Below, piece after piece: positions 25,959 to 35,546 of a stretch of 64,000 nucleotides of DNA (positions are counted from its first letter, which is position 1; each line of letters begins with the position of its first letter). The notes below the pieces were generated by a model. The model ran no database searches and was not told the origin of the DNA. It saw nothing but the letters and a program-made list of their open reading frames with translations. The stretch spans positions 13,327-77,326 of the forward strand of contig CAYQMG010000137.1 of assembly GCA_964418585.1 (NCBI GenBank), in the 5' to 3' direction. Made by a program: the position numbers and the translations under genes. The DNA comes from an uncultured Gammaproteobacteria bacterium (GTDB lineage Bacteria; Myxococcota_A; UBA796; JAJRTE01).

Positions 25959-28502
25959 ATGGAGACCACGCTTCACCCTTCGCAGCCAGTTGTCGAACCC
26001 ACCCCGTCCCGGCCGGCGTTGAAGCAACCTCGCAGCCTCACACCGCGGATTCAGCGGCTTCGGGACTACTACTTTCGGGGTGTTTCGCGGAAGTGGAACA
26101 ATGAATTCACAGCCTGGACGACAGGAACGCCCTGGGATGTCCAGTACGACGAGTTCAACTACTACATCGTGCCGGAGACCTATCCGTTTCTGCAGACATT
26201 TCGTTCTTCGTTTCGGCAGGTTGCGAGGCGGGTGGCGCTGCCTCCTGATTTCTGGAAGTGGCGTATCGTGGAGCGTCGTGCCTGGTTCATCAAGGAGGTG
26301 ATGGTCCGGTATCTTCCGCACGAGATCTTGCCGGGAGACCTGCTGGCTGGAGCGCGATTCAACATTCAGGCGTCGCGATGCTTGAATCGTGCGGAAGCGC
26401 GCGAACGGGATCGGCGGCTGTTGGGGCGGCGAGGGGCGCGTGCTCGGGTGAAGTGGTTTCACGATCACGGGTATGGGAATGCAGGTGCCACGAGTGGGCA
26501 TATCATCCCTGACTATGCTCGGGTATTGCGGGAGGGGTGGAAAGGCATTCACGCGGACCTGGAGGCCCGGTATCACGGGTTGTCTGCGCGTGAGCGGCGT
26601 TCGGAGAAGGGGGCGCAGCTTCGTGCGATGATGACGGCGGCGTTGATGCCTGGAGAACTGGCGGTTCGCTATGCATCTGAGTGTCGACGGCTTGCGGACG
26701 AGGAATCGGATCCGGGTCGGAAGGAGGAGCTTTTGACCATGGCCGGCAACCTGGATCGAGTGCCCTGGCAGCCGGCCCGCACTTTTTGGGAGGCGGTTCA
26801 ATCGTTGTGGATGACCCATTTGTTGGTGATGGCCGACGAGAACTACCCCGGGCCCGGGTTGTCGTTTGGTCGACTGGACCAGTACCTTTATCCCTACTGG
26901 AAGGCGTCCATCGAGGAGGGGATGAGCCGCTCGTTCGGCAAGGAGATCCTCGAGTGCTTCTGGGTCCACGCCAACACAGCGTATGACGCGATGATTCGGG
27001 TCGGAGCGAACCAGGGGATCACCGCGGGGTATGGCCAGCTTTTCAACATCGGCGGTCTTGGTCCAGGGGGTCGCGACATGACCAACGAACTCACCTGGGT
27101 GTTGTTGGAAGTGATCGACGAGATGAGCCCCATCCTGGAGCCCAAGCCCAACGTGCGGTTGCATCGAAAGACGCCTGAGCCGCTCCTGGACCGGGTGGTG
27201 GACATGATCGCCGGTAGTCAGGGCGCGCCGTTTCTTCTGAACTTTGACGAGCGGTCCATGGCGGGTCTGCTGCGGGAGGCCAGGGAAGCAGGGATCGAGC
27301 ATCTGATCAACGAGTCGAACGTACACGACTACGCCTCGGTGGGATGTTTGGAGAACACGATGGTGGGGAACGACCGGTCGGGCACGGTCAACCTGAACCT
27401 GAATCTGCTCAAGGCGGTGGAACTTGCCTTGAACGACGGTCGAGACCTGTTGCCCGTCCGGGACATGGTGACCGGCAAGGTGGAGCCGATTCGGCAGGCC
27501 GGGCCGAGAACCGGAGATCCCACCACCTTCACCACGTGGGAGCAGTTCTGGGATGCCTACGTGGCCCAGACCAGATACATCGTGAAGGCGGCGGTGGACC
27601 TGTACGAATTGACCGAGGCGGTGCGGGCGCGGTTTTCGCCCACGCCGTACCTGTCCTGCCTGGTGCGAGGCTGCGCCGAGAAGGCGTTGGACGTGACTCG
27701 AGGCGGTGCCGAGATCAACTTTGCGACCATTGAGGGGGTCACATTTGCGACCACGGTGGACTCGCTTTTGGCGGTGAAGTACCTCGTGTTTGACGAGAAG
27801 CACTGTACCATGGCGGAACTGGTCCGGGCGTTGAAGGACAACTGGGAGGGGCATGAAGTGCTCCAGGCCAAGGCTCGGTTCAAGGCCCCGAAGTATGGGC
27901 GGGACGACGACGAGGCGGACGCGATGGCCGAGCGGGTCATGGCGCTGTGGGCCGGGGAGACGTGGAAGCACAGGACCCGGTCCACGGGCGTTCAGTTCCG
28001 TCCTGGCATGTTGAGCTGGAACTACTGGGTGGGAGATGGCTATGTACTGGCCGCGAGTCCGGATGGGAGGCCCAAGGGGCGCTTCCTGTCCAATGCCATC
28101 TGCCCTTCGAACGGTGCCGACACCGAAGGTCCGACAGCCAACGCGAACTCGGTGGGCAAGGCCCTTGGGGGGAGGGCCGTCGGCAAGCCGGGCGACTGGG
28201 AGAGTTACCTCAACCATTTGCCCAATGGCGCCAGCCACACCATGACCTTCAATCCGTCGTTGCTTCGGGACCCGGAACATCGGGCCAAGTTCAAGGCGTT
28301 CCTGCGGGGCTATGCCGAGAACGGGGGGACCGCACTCCAGATCAACGTGCTGGACGCGGACATGCTCAGGGAGGCCCAAAGACATCCCCGCGAGTATCGT
28401 CACCTCCTCGTGCGCGTGACAGGCTACAATGCCTACTTCACCAGCATCGGGCGGGAGTTGCAGGATGAAATCATCGCTCGCGAGAGCCACAGCAAGTATT
28501 GA
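25959..28502 (+). CDS. Glycyl radical enzyme (PFL superfamily), substrate unknown
   Basis: 847 aa; C-terminal glycine loop LLVRVTGYNAYF; Cys loop YASVGCLENT (single Cys, GCxE); FWEAVQSLW, GRLDQYLYPY, PKYGRDDDEAD, ASPDGR. Confidence 0.93.
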   Translation: METTLHPSQPVVEPTPSRPALKQPRSLTPRIQRLRDYYFRGVSRKWNNEFTAWTTGTPWDVQYDEFNYYIVPETYPFLQTFRSSFRQVARRVALPPDFWKWRIVERRAWFIKEVMVRYLPHEILPGDLLAGARFNIQASRCLNRAEARERDRRLLGRRGARARVKWFHDHGYGNAGATSGHIIPDYARVLREGWKGIHADLEARYHGLSARERRSEKGAQLRAMMTAALMPGELAVRYASECRRLADEESDPGRKEELLTMAGNLDRVPWQPARTFWEAVQSLWMTHLLVMADENYPGPGLSFGRLDQYLYPYWKASIEEGMSRSFGKEILECFWVHANTAYDAMIRVGANQGITAGYGQLFNIGGLGPGGRDMTNELTWVLLEVIDEMSPILEPKPNVRLHRKTPEPLLDRVVDMIAGSQGAPFLLNFDERSMAGLLREAREAGIEHLINESNVHDYASVGCLENTMVGNDRSGTVNLNLNLLKAVELALNDGRDLLPVRDMVTGKVEPIRQAGPRTGDPTTFTTWEQFWDAYVAQTRYIVKAAVDLYELTEAVRARFSPTPYLSCLVRGCAEKALDVTRGGAEINFATIEGVTFATTVDSLLAVKYLVFDEKHCTMAELVRALKDNWEGHEVLQAKARFKAPKYGRDDDEADAMAERVMALWAGETWKHRTRSTGVQFRPGMLSWNYWVGDGYVLAASPDGRPKGRFLSNAICPSNGADTEGPTANANSVGKALGGRAVGKPGDWESYLNHLPNGASHTMTFNPSLLRDPEHRAKFKAFLRGYAENGGTALQINVLDADMLREAQRHPREYRHLLVRVTGYNAYFTSIGRELQDEIIARESHSKY

Positions 28503-28512
28503 ATCGGTCGAG

Positions 28513-29529
28513 GTGGAGACCCTCCAGGATGACGCGCGTTCCCGGGAGGGGCTGGTGCTCAACATCCAGCGCATGTCCACCGAGGACGGCCCGGGCATAC
28601 GCACCACCGTATTCTTCAAGGGGTGTACCCTGGCGTGCTACTGGTGCCACAATCCAGAGAGTATCTCCCCTCGCCCCCAACTCCAGTGGTTCGACGTCCG
28701 GTGTATCGGCTGCCGGACGTGCCTCGACGTGTGCCCGCAGCGCGCCCTCTCCGTTCTGGAGGACGCGGTTTCCATTCGGCGAGACCTCTGTCTGGGTTGC
28801 GGCACCTGCACCGACGCCTGCCCCTCCACCGCGCTTGAACTCCTGGGACGCCCCTGGTCAGTGGATTCACTGGTGCGCGAGGTCTCGAAGGATCGGGCCT
28901 ATTTCGAGCAATCCGGAGGCGGCGTCACGGTTTCCGGTGGAGAACCGGCGGTTCAGGCCCCATTTGTGGCGCGATTCCTCGCCGCCTGTCAGGAAGCGGG
29001 GTTGCACACAGCACTGGACACCTGCGGCATGTGCAGTCAGCGTGCACTCGATCGCCTGCTCGCGCACAGTGATCTGGTCCTGTACGATATCAAGGAGATC
29101 GACCCGGTGCGCCACCGCCGGTTCACCGGACGGAGCAACGAGCGGGTGTTGGCCAATGCGGCGCGGGTGGCGGAGTACATGGAAGGCGAAGGGCGGTCGA
29201 CCGTGCTCTGGATCCGGACGCCGCTCATCCCGGGGGCCACGGCCACGGAGGAGAACATCGACGGTATTGGGAAGTTCATCGCCCGAACCTTCGGGGATCG
29301 CGTGTCACGCTGGGAGATCTGTGCCTTCAACAACCTGTGTCGGGACAAGTACCTCCGACTCGGAGAGGCGTGGCGGTGCGTCGATCAACCGCTGCTCAGC
29401 CGGGAGGAGCTGGAACGGTTCGCAGACGTGGCCCGGGGGTCTGGTGTGGATCCGACCATCGTGGTTCCCACCGGGGCGGTTCGTCCGGACGGGGAGGGAA
29501 CGCCCAACAAGGAGAATGGGCCTGGGTAG
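28513..29529 (+). CDS. Glycyl-radical enzyme activating enzyme (radical SAM) with ferredoxin insert
   Basis: EDGPGIRTTVFFKGCTLACYWCHNPES; two extra CxxCxxCxxxC motifs (CIGCRTCLDVC, CLGCGTCTDAC); GGVTVSGGEP. Confidence 0.95.
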   Translation: METLQDDARSREGLVLNIQRMSTEDGPGIRTTVFFKGCTLACYWCHNPESISPRPQLQWFDVRCIGCRTCLDVCPQRALSVLEDAVSIRRDLCLGCGTCTDACPSTALELLGRPWSVDSLVREVSKDRAYFEQSGGGVTVSGGEPAVQAPFVARFLAACQEAGLHTALDTCGMCSQRALDRLLAHSDLVLYDIKEIDPVRHRRFTGRSNERVLANAARVAEYMEGEGRSTVLWIRTPLIPGATATEENIDGIGKFIARTFGDRVSRWEICAFNNLCRDKYLRLGEAWRCVDQPLLSREELERFADVARGSGVDPTIVVPTGAVRPDGEGTPNKENGPG

Positions 29530-29616
29530 CCGGTGGCATGGGGTCCGATTTCGTCGAGCAATGGTGACGGAGCCTGGACAGAGTGCGGTTCGGGGCGTCA
29601 CAGGGGGAGGAAGTCA

Positions 29617-30480
29617 ATGGCAAGGAAATACCGGTGCTTCGAGAACGGCGACATGGAGAAATTCGAGGCGGAGGCCAAGATTGCCCTGTTGGCCACCATC
29701 TCGGAGAGCCGTCAGCCCCATTTGACCTTCCTCTCGTCCCTTCAGGCCAAGACGACCAACACCCTGATGTTCGGGCAGTTTTCCGAGGGGCTGAGCAAGA
29801 AACACGTCAAGTGGAACCCGAACGCTGGATTTCTCATCATGAGTCTGGAGCGGGAGTTGTGGCGGGGTAAGGCCCGCTGGACTCACGAGGTGGGGGAAGG
29901 GGATGACTTCGAGTATTTCAACCGCAAACCAATGTTTCGGTACAACGCCTACTTCGGCATCCATACCGTCCATTACCTGACGTTGATCGAGGTTTCGAGG
30001 CGGCAGCGTCTCCCGTTGCCCGGTATCGTGGCAGGCTCGCTCAAGACCCTGGTCGCGCGGGGCGGAGCGCGGAGCGGTCGGGGCGGCGGCCGGGACGTGT
30101 CTCCCGTGCTTACTCCCTGGGCGGAGTCGCTGTTTCGGCGCCTGGATACGCTCAAGTTTCTCTCCTGGATAGAATCGGACGGGTACCCCACGATCGTCCC
30201 TGTGCTTCAGTGTCAGGCTGCGGACCCCGGCCGGCTCGTCTTCACGCCCACCCCTTTTTCCCAGGATCTCGAGGCGCTCGAGGCCGGTACCTCGGTGGCG
30301 GTTTTCGGGCTGTCCATGCAGATCGAGAACGTGTTGGTCCGCGGGATCTTCACCGGCTTTCGGCGCAGACGGGGAATCCGGTTGGGCCACATCGACCTCG
30401 AGTGGGCCTACAACTCCATGCCGCCCGTTCCGGGACAGATCTATCCCCCGGTGCCCCTCGAGCCGGTGCTCGAATCCTGA
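29617..30480 (+). CDS. Pyridoxamine 5'-phosphate oxidase-like (tandem split-barrel) protein
   Basis: Two related halves (KIALLATISESRQPHLTFLSSL / KFLSWIESDGYPTIVPVLQCQ) with split-barrel spacing; GGGGGAGG RBS. Confidence 0.72.
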   Translation: MARKYRCFENGDMEKFEAEAKIALLATISESRQPHLTFLSSLQAKTTNTLMFGQFSEGLSKKHVKWNPNAGFLIMSLERELWRGKARWTHEVGEGDDFEYFNRKPMFRYNAYFGIHTVHYLTLIEVSRRQRLPLPGIVAGSLKTLVARGGARSGRGGGRDVSPVLTPWAESLFRRLDTLKFLSWIESDGYPTIVPVLQCQAADPGRLVFTPTPFSQDLEALEAGTSVAVFGLSMQIENVLVRGIFTGFRRRRGIRLGHIDLEWAYNSMPPVPGQIYPPVPLEPVLES

Positions 30481-30680
30481 ACGCTCCACGGATCCGGCCC
30501 CGGAACGGGGCGGCGGCGTCCCGTGACTTCCCAACCCGATGGTGACCCCTGGAACCTCGATCCCGTCCCGGTGCTGTTCCTGCTTGCGTGTCACTTGCGA
30601 CAACATTAAAATCGCACTACTCTGGACCAGGACCCTGGCCCTGGACGAAGCGATCCTCGAGCACGAGACCGGAGAGAAAC

Positions 30681-32912
30681 ATGACCCCCACACAGCCTGC
30701 TCAGACCAAGGTGCCCGCATGGAAGGCCTACTTCAACCGGCTCGCCCGTGACCCCGCCGTGGCCCGGCTCCGGGGACAGGTTGAGAAGCTCCTCGCAGAC
30801 CTGGACGTGGTCATTCCCCTGGAGCATGGCGACGTGGACGGCGCTGCCTACGAATTGCTCAAGCGGCGCAAGGACGCCGACCCAAAGGAACTGGAGGCCA
30901 TCGACTTCATCCTCACTCACCGGCGATTGCTCGACGCTGGAGAAACCTTCTCTCCGCCCCGGTCGTTCCGTCTGCTTGGCACCGGCACACAACTTCACGG
31001 CCCTGCAGACTACGATCCTTCCGACAAGACCTTCCTGGCCACCCGACGCCTCACCCTGCTCGGCATTCCGATCCTCATTCTGGGGGCCTACCGGGTCACG
31101 CGCGACCAGAAGGGCCGGCTCCTCCCCCTGTCTCGAGTTCCTCTCGAGCCCCATCTCCTGGCCGGCAGACGGATCAAGAGGCGGCTCGTCTTCGCCGTGT
31201 TGGCGCTTGCGGTTCTGGGAGGGCTCTTCGTCTCACGCCCGGACATGGTGTCCTTTTCCTCCTTGCCCAGCGCGCTCCACATCGTAAATGGGCTCGAGTT
31301 CCCGGTCTCGGTCGCCGTGGGGGATGAGACGGTGAACGTCCCTGCACTCGGCCACGTGTCTCACCCGCTCAAGAAGGAGTACTACCATCTCGTGGCCCAC
31401 AACCGCGCGGGCGAGATCATGGAGGAGGAGAACGTGGACAACGCCTCGGGCGAAGGGGTGTTCACCTACAACATCCTGGGCGTTGCCCCCCTGTACACCG
31501 AGGTCGTCAGTTACGCTGCCGACGGGATTGCGGAGCGTTCCCGCACCTGGATGGCACTTCAGCGAACGCAGGAAGTCACCGGCGTTCATGGGGTGTTTGT
31601 GGCCGTCCCGGATCAGGTGCGGGTGCCGTTTTGGAAGGAGGCCGTGGAGCGGCGGTTCGTGGAGGTCGGACCAGGCGGTTGGCTGGATACCGTGCGGGCC
31701 CTGGAGAATGTGGATGACGCCTGGACCGTCCTGACCCGGACGATCGTGGCCGATCCGGAGAACGAGGCGGCTTATCGTGCCGGAGTGGATGTGCTCTATG
31801 CGATGGAGCCCAGGGACGCCATTCAGGCCGCGCGGATGTTTTACTCCAACAACTGGGATTCCACCAATGCCCAGCGCATGCTGATGTGGACGATGATCCG
31901 GGCGGCGGGGAGGGAAGGGGCCGTCGATGCGTACCAGCAGCTCCAGAAAATCGAGCCTGCCACCGCGATTGGCGCGTTGCTGACCGCGCAGGTGGAGCTG
32001 CCCGAGGCCGCGGCAAAACGCCTGGTGCCCGCGGTCAAGCTCTACTCCAAGGATTACTTCCTCCGTCTCGAACTCGGCCGGGCCTTCTATCTCCTGGGGC
32101 GGTTCGAGGACGCCGTGCGGGAGTTCGAGACGTTGGAAAAGCAGAACGAACGGGCGATTCGATCCTGTTATCGGGAGCACGCGCTTTCCCTGATCGCCCT
32201 CGGGAAGCGCTCCGAGGCTGCGCACCTGGTGGCGAATGCGGGCGATCTGGACGGCTTCCCGGTGGATTTCGAGTTCGCGCGCTTCTACGCCACTGTGACC
32301 GCAGGCGTTTCCACCGCACTGAAACCCTACCCATTCGATCACTACCTCGACCGGTCGTCGTTCTACCACCAGGATGAGGTCTATGCCGGAACCCTGTTCC
32401 GTGCACTCACTTCCAGGACCGTGCCCGATCAGGAGGTCCTGGACGCCCTCGCCAACGACACCCAGCGCAATCTCGTGCACCTGGCCGGCGTGATTGCGAG
32501 CGACCTGGACCTCGCCGTCGCCCTCACCCGCGACCTGCCGCTCGAGGCCCTGCGCAAGCTCGACGACGTATCCCTCATTCTGCTCGCCGGCGAGTTCCTC
32601 CGGCGCGGCGCAGAAGATGATGCCGGCGTATGCTTGAACGCGCTTCGCCTGTGGGCTCCCTGGCGTTCCGTCGTCGTTGCAGCGTTGAAGGAACAATCGA
32701 ATCCACCCGAGGTCCTCGACCTGGACCTGGAAATCCAGGCTGCCCTCAAGCTCGTGCAGGCGCGCAGGCTCGGAAAAGCACACAAGGAGTTCGACGCGCT
32801 GATCAAGGAAGCCCGGCGGCTGGACGTGGTCAGTGGAATCGTCACAGCAGCCATACGTTGGCCCATCTCCCCCCTACCGGGTCAGGCCCCGGCCACCCAA
32901 GCCGGGCGATGA
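30681..32912 (+). CDS. Hypothetical membrane protein with TPR-like C-terminal region
   Basis: 743-aa ORF with RBS; TM segments (RLTLLGIPILILGAYRV, LVFAVLALAVLGGLF); TPR-like LELGRAFYLLGRFEDAVREFE. Confidence 0.7.
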   Translation: MTPTQPAQTKVPAWKAYFNRLARDPAVARLRGQVEKLLADLDVVIPLEHGDVDGAAYELLKRRKDADPKELEAIDFILTHRRLLDAGETFSPPRSFRLLGTGTQLHGPADYDPSDKTFLATRRLTLLGIPILILGAYRVTRDQKGRLLPLSRVPLEPHLLAGRRIKRRLVFAVLALAVLGGLFVSRPDMVSFSSLPSALHIVNGLEFPVSVAVGDETVNVPALGHVSHPLKKEYYHLVAHNRAGEIMEEENVDNASGEGVFTYNILGVAPLYTEVVSYAADGIAERSRTWMALQRTQEVTGVHGVFVAVPDQVRVPFWKEAVERRFVEVGPGGWLDTVRALENVDDAWTVLTRTIVADPENEAAYRAGVDVLYAMEPRDAIQAARMFYSNNWDSTNAQRMLMWTMIRAAGREGAVDAYQQLQKIEPATAIGALLTAQVELPEAAAKRLVPAVKLYSKDYFLRLELGRAFYLLGRFEDAVREFETLEKQNERAIRSCYREHALSLIALGKRSEAAHLVANAGDLDGFPVDFEFARFYATVTAGVSTALKPYPFDHYLDRSSFYHQDEVYAGTLFRALTSRTVPDQEVLDALANDTQRNLVHLAGVIASDLDLAVALTRDLPLEALRKLDDVSLILLAGEFLRRGAEDDAGVCLNALRLWAPWRSVVVAALKEQSNPPEVLDLDLEIQAALKLVQARRLGKAHKEFDALIKEARRLDVVSGIVTAAIRWPISPLPGQAPATQAGR

Positions 32913-32977
32913 GCGGAAGCGCCTCGGCCTGGCCTCGGACGTTTCCCGGTTGACGTTCCTGACCGGGGCCGCCAAGC

Positions 32978-33015
32978 TGGTGCGAAGGTTGCGGCGACCT
33001 GGCCCGTTTCTTGCA
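32978..33015 (+). promoter_or_regulatory. Two tandem sigma54 -24/-12 promoter matches upstream of the activator gene
   Basis: TGGTGCGAAGGTTGCG (32978-32993) and TGGCCCGTTTCTTGCA (33000-33015), both GG-N10-GC. Confidence 0.6.
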
Positions 33016-33133
33016 CAGTACCGCCCGCGAAAACAGGCAGCCCGCCACCTGTCGTGGCAGGCACGCAGGCAACCCTCGAGTACACGCGGCCCCCGGGAAG
33101 GCCGCCGCGCAGAACCTGGGCGCATGGTAGGCA

Positions 33134-34486
33134 ATGGAAGGCAATCTCGACAAAAAGTTCCTCGAAACGATCCTCAACTGCATCGCCGACGGCGTGTTCA
33201 CCGTGGACAAGGACTGGAGGATCACCTCGTTCAACAAGGCCGCGGAACGGATTACCGGCGTTCCTTCCGCGCTCGCACTCGGCAAACGGTGCTCCGAAGT
33301 GTTCCACGCCGACATCTGCGAGCACGGCTGTGCGCTGCGCAAAACCGTGGAAACAGGCAAGGACCTGATCGACCTGCCCGCCAGGATACTCAATGCCCGT
33401 GGGCGCGGCGTCCCCATCTCCCTCAGCACATCGGTGCTTCGCGGCCCGGATGGTGAAGTCCTCGGCGCGGTGGAGACCTTTCGCGACCTCTCCGCGATCG
33501 AGACTCTGCGGCGTGAGATCAATAGCAAGTATACCTTCGAGGACATCGTCGGACGCAGCGACGCCCTCAAAAAGGTGTTCGCCATCCTCCCTGATGTCGC
33601 GGAAAGCGACGCCACCGTGCTGATCGAAGGTCCGAGTGGTTCCGGAAAAGAACTCCTCGCCCGTGCCGTACACAACCTCAGCCCCAGACGCAACGCCCCC
33701 TACGTCGTGGTCAATTGCGGCTCCCTCCCGGTCAGCCTGTTCGAATCCGAGCTGTTCGGCTATACCCAGGGTGCGTTCACCGATGCCAAGCGCAACAAGC
33801 CCGGTCGCCTCGCCCTCGCAGAAGGCGGCACCCTCTTCCTCGATGAGGTCTCCGAACTTCCACCTCCAACACAGGTAAAACTCCTCCGGGTCCTCCAGGA
33901 ACGCGAGTACGAACCCCTCGGCGCCGTCAAAACCGTCCGCGCCAACGTCCGAATCGTCGCTGCCACCAACCAAAGACTCGCAGAGCTCGTCACCCGCGGC
34001 GAGTTCCGCGACGACCTCTACTTCCGACTCGCCGTCGTCCGCCTCTCCATCCCCAGCCTCAAAGACCGAAGGGAGGACGTCCCTTACCTCGTCGAGCACT
34101 TCATCCGAAGGTTCAACGCAAAACGGGGAAAAAGCATCACCGGCGTCTCCCCACCCGTCATGGACACCTTGATGCGCTACGACTACCCGGGAAATGTCCG
34201 GGAACTCGAAAACATCATCGAGTACGCCTTCGTGCTTTGTCATGGCCGCATCATCGAAATGGTTCACCTGCCCGAAGAACTCCAGTCGTTCGCAAGAAAA
34301 CTCGGCACCAAGGCAGGGAGCCGCAACGGCACCAGACTCCAGTGGGCAGAAGCCGACATGATTCGATCCGTGCTCGAAAAGGTCGGAGGCCGCGTGGGCC
34401 TCGCCGCCAAGGAGTTGGGAATCAGTCGAACCACCCTCTGGCGCAAGATGAAGCGGCACGGCATCACCCTGTACGAGTTCAAGTAG
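33134..34486 (+). CDS. PAS-sigma54 enhancer-binding protein with Fis HTH; PAS carries C-x8-C-x3-C (OrpR-like)
   Basis: PAS (FNKAAERITG); CSEVFHADICEHGC; GPSGSGKE, ESELFG, GAFTDA, LFLDE, LLRVLQ, RDDLYFRL, PGNVRELEN; HTH GISRTTLWRK. Confidence 0.93.
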   Translation: MEGNLDKKFLETILNCIADGVFTVDKDWRITSFNKAAERITGVPSALALGKRCSEVFHADICEHGCALRKTVETGKDLIDLPARILNARGRGVPISLSTSVLRGPDGEVLGAVETFRDLSAIETLRREINSKYTFEDIVGRSDALKKVFAILPDVAESDATVLIEGPSGSGKELLARAVHNLSPRRNAPYVVVNCGSLPVSLFESELFGYTQGAFTDAKRNKPGRLALAEGGTLFLDEVSELPPPTQVKLLRVLQEREYEPLGAVKTVRANVRIVAATNQRLAELVTRGEFRDDLYFRLAVVRLSIPSLKDRREDVPYLVEHFIRRFNAKRGKSITGVSPPVMDTLMRYDYPGNVRELENIIEYAFVLCHGRIIEMVHLPEELQSFARKLGTKAGSRNGTRLQWAEADMIRSVLEKVGGRVGLAAKELGISRTTLWRKMKRHGITLYEFK

Positions 34487-34522
34487 CGCCAATGTTTCCC
34501 CCCGATACGACATCGCACCGAC

Positions 34523-34556
34523 ATGTTGCAATGTCGCAACGTTGTTTCTGAAACAT
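34523..34556. promoter_or_regulatory. Candidate upstream activating sequences (paired palindromes)
   Basis: GTTGC-N6-GCAAC (34525-34540) and TGTTTC-T-GAAACA (34543-34555), about 210-240 bp upstream of a sigma54 promoter. Confidence 0.55.
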
Positions 34557-34764
34557 TGTTCCAATCCTGGTCCACATGGGAACATCCTTCGGGCTGGTGA
34601 ACCCGAAAATCGAGCCGGTCTCGCTGTTCCAAGGCACCGGTGGGGCGCGAGGGGAGGCGGATGGGCGTTTGTGAGCGGACGATGGTGTGGTTCATGGGTG
34701 AGGAGGGGATGTTTCGAGGGAGGAGGGGGCCGATGTATCGAGAGTGGGGTTGGGCGTGGCGAAC

Positions 34765-34780
34765 TGGCCCGGAGGTTGCA
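34765..34780 (+). promoter_or_regulatory. sigma54 promoter TGGCCCGGAGGTTGCA
   Basis: GG-N10-GC with TTGCA, upstream of the two receiver genes. Confidence 0.6.
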
Positions 34781-34928
34781 GGCAATGGGCGGCGGAGCCG
34801 GTGGCCGGCGGGGGGAAGTTGCCGGACTCGGGGTGCCGGGTTTGGGGGAGGGGACGGGGCGGGCTGGGTGGTGCATGGGGGAGGGGGGTCCAGTCGTTCG
34901 AGCAAGCGGGGGAGGGCGAGGCGTTTTC

Positions 34929-35468
34929 ATGGCAAGGGCGAAGGTGAAGACGGTCCTGGTCGTGGACGACGAGCCGCACCTCAGGCACTATCTTCGGATG
35001 GTGCTGGAGGATGCCGGGTACTGCGTGTTGACAGCCGCAGACGGGCTCGAGGGATTGAATCTGGCTCGGGCGCACCGGCCGGATTTGGTGTCGGTGGATC
35101 TGGCCATGCCGCGGAAGACGGGGTACCGGCTGCTCGTGGAGATGCGGCGTGAGGAGGGGTTGAAGGACATTCCGGTGGTGATCGTGACAGCGCATGCCCG
35201 CGATTCGGTGGGGGTACGTGCGCTCACGGAGCTTCGAGCGGCGGGCTACGATCTGTCGCGGAGCGACTACCTGGAGAAGCCGGTTTCGGCCTCCACCTAT
35301 TTGGCGGCGGTGGCGCGTGCACTTGGCGTGGAGGGGCGTGAGGATTCGCGTTCGGTGGGGGAGTTGCGGGAGTTGTTGAGGAACCGCATCGAGGACGCGG
35401 GGCCTGAAGCGCTGAAGCGGGCGCTGGAGGCCCTGGCGAGGAGTTTGCCGGGGGAGGAGGAGCGGTGA
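34929..35468 (+). CDS. Response regulator receiver protein with short helical C-terminal extension
   Basis: VLVVDDE, PDLVSVDLAMP, IVTAH, LEKP. Confidence 0.9.
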   Translation: MARAKVKTVLVVDDEPHLRHYLRMVLEDAGYCVLTAADGLEGLNLARAHRPDLVSVDLAMPRKTGYRLLVEMRREEGLKDIPVVIVTAHARDSVGVRALTELRAAGYDLSRSDYLEKPVSASTYLAAVARALGVEGREDSRSVGELRELLRNRIEDAGPEALKRALEALARSLPGEEER

Positions 35469-35546
35469 TCGAAGGGGGGAGGTTTGTCGGCCGTGGGTCG
35501 GAGCTGAATCCGAGAGACGATCAACTTGATGAAAGGAGAGGAGAAG

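Noticed and set aside
25959-28502. Annotation as pyruvate formate-lyase (pflB) or choline TMA-lyase (cutC)
   Set aside because: It lacks the Cys-Cys pair of PFL, and there is no microcompartment or choline-utilisation context; the substrate cannot be assigned from motifs.
25953-28619. 888-aa antisense ORF opposite the GRE; similar long shadow ORFs at 6945-8849, 23570-25969, 32882-34930, 34692-36557, 36007-37908, 45624-47174 and 55312-56982
   Set aside because: No recognisable motifs; each mirrors a well-supported gene on the other strand; long stop-free frames are expected at this GC content.
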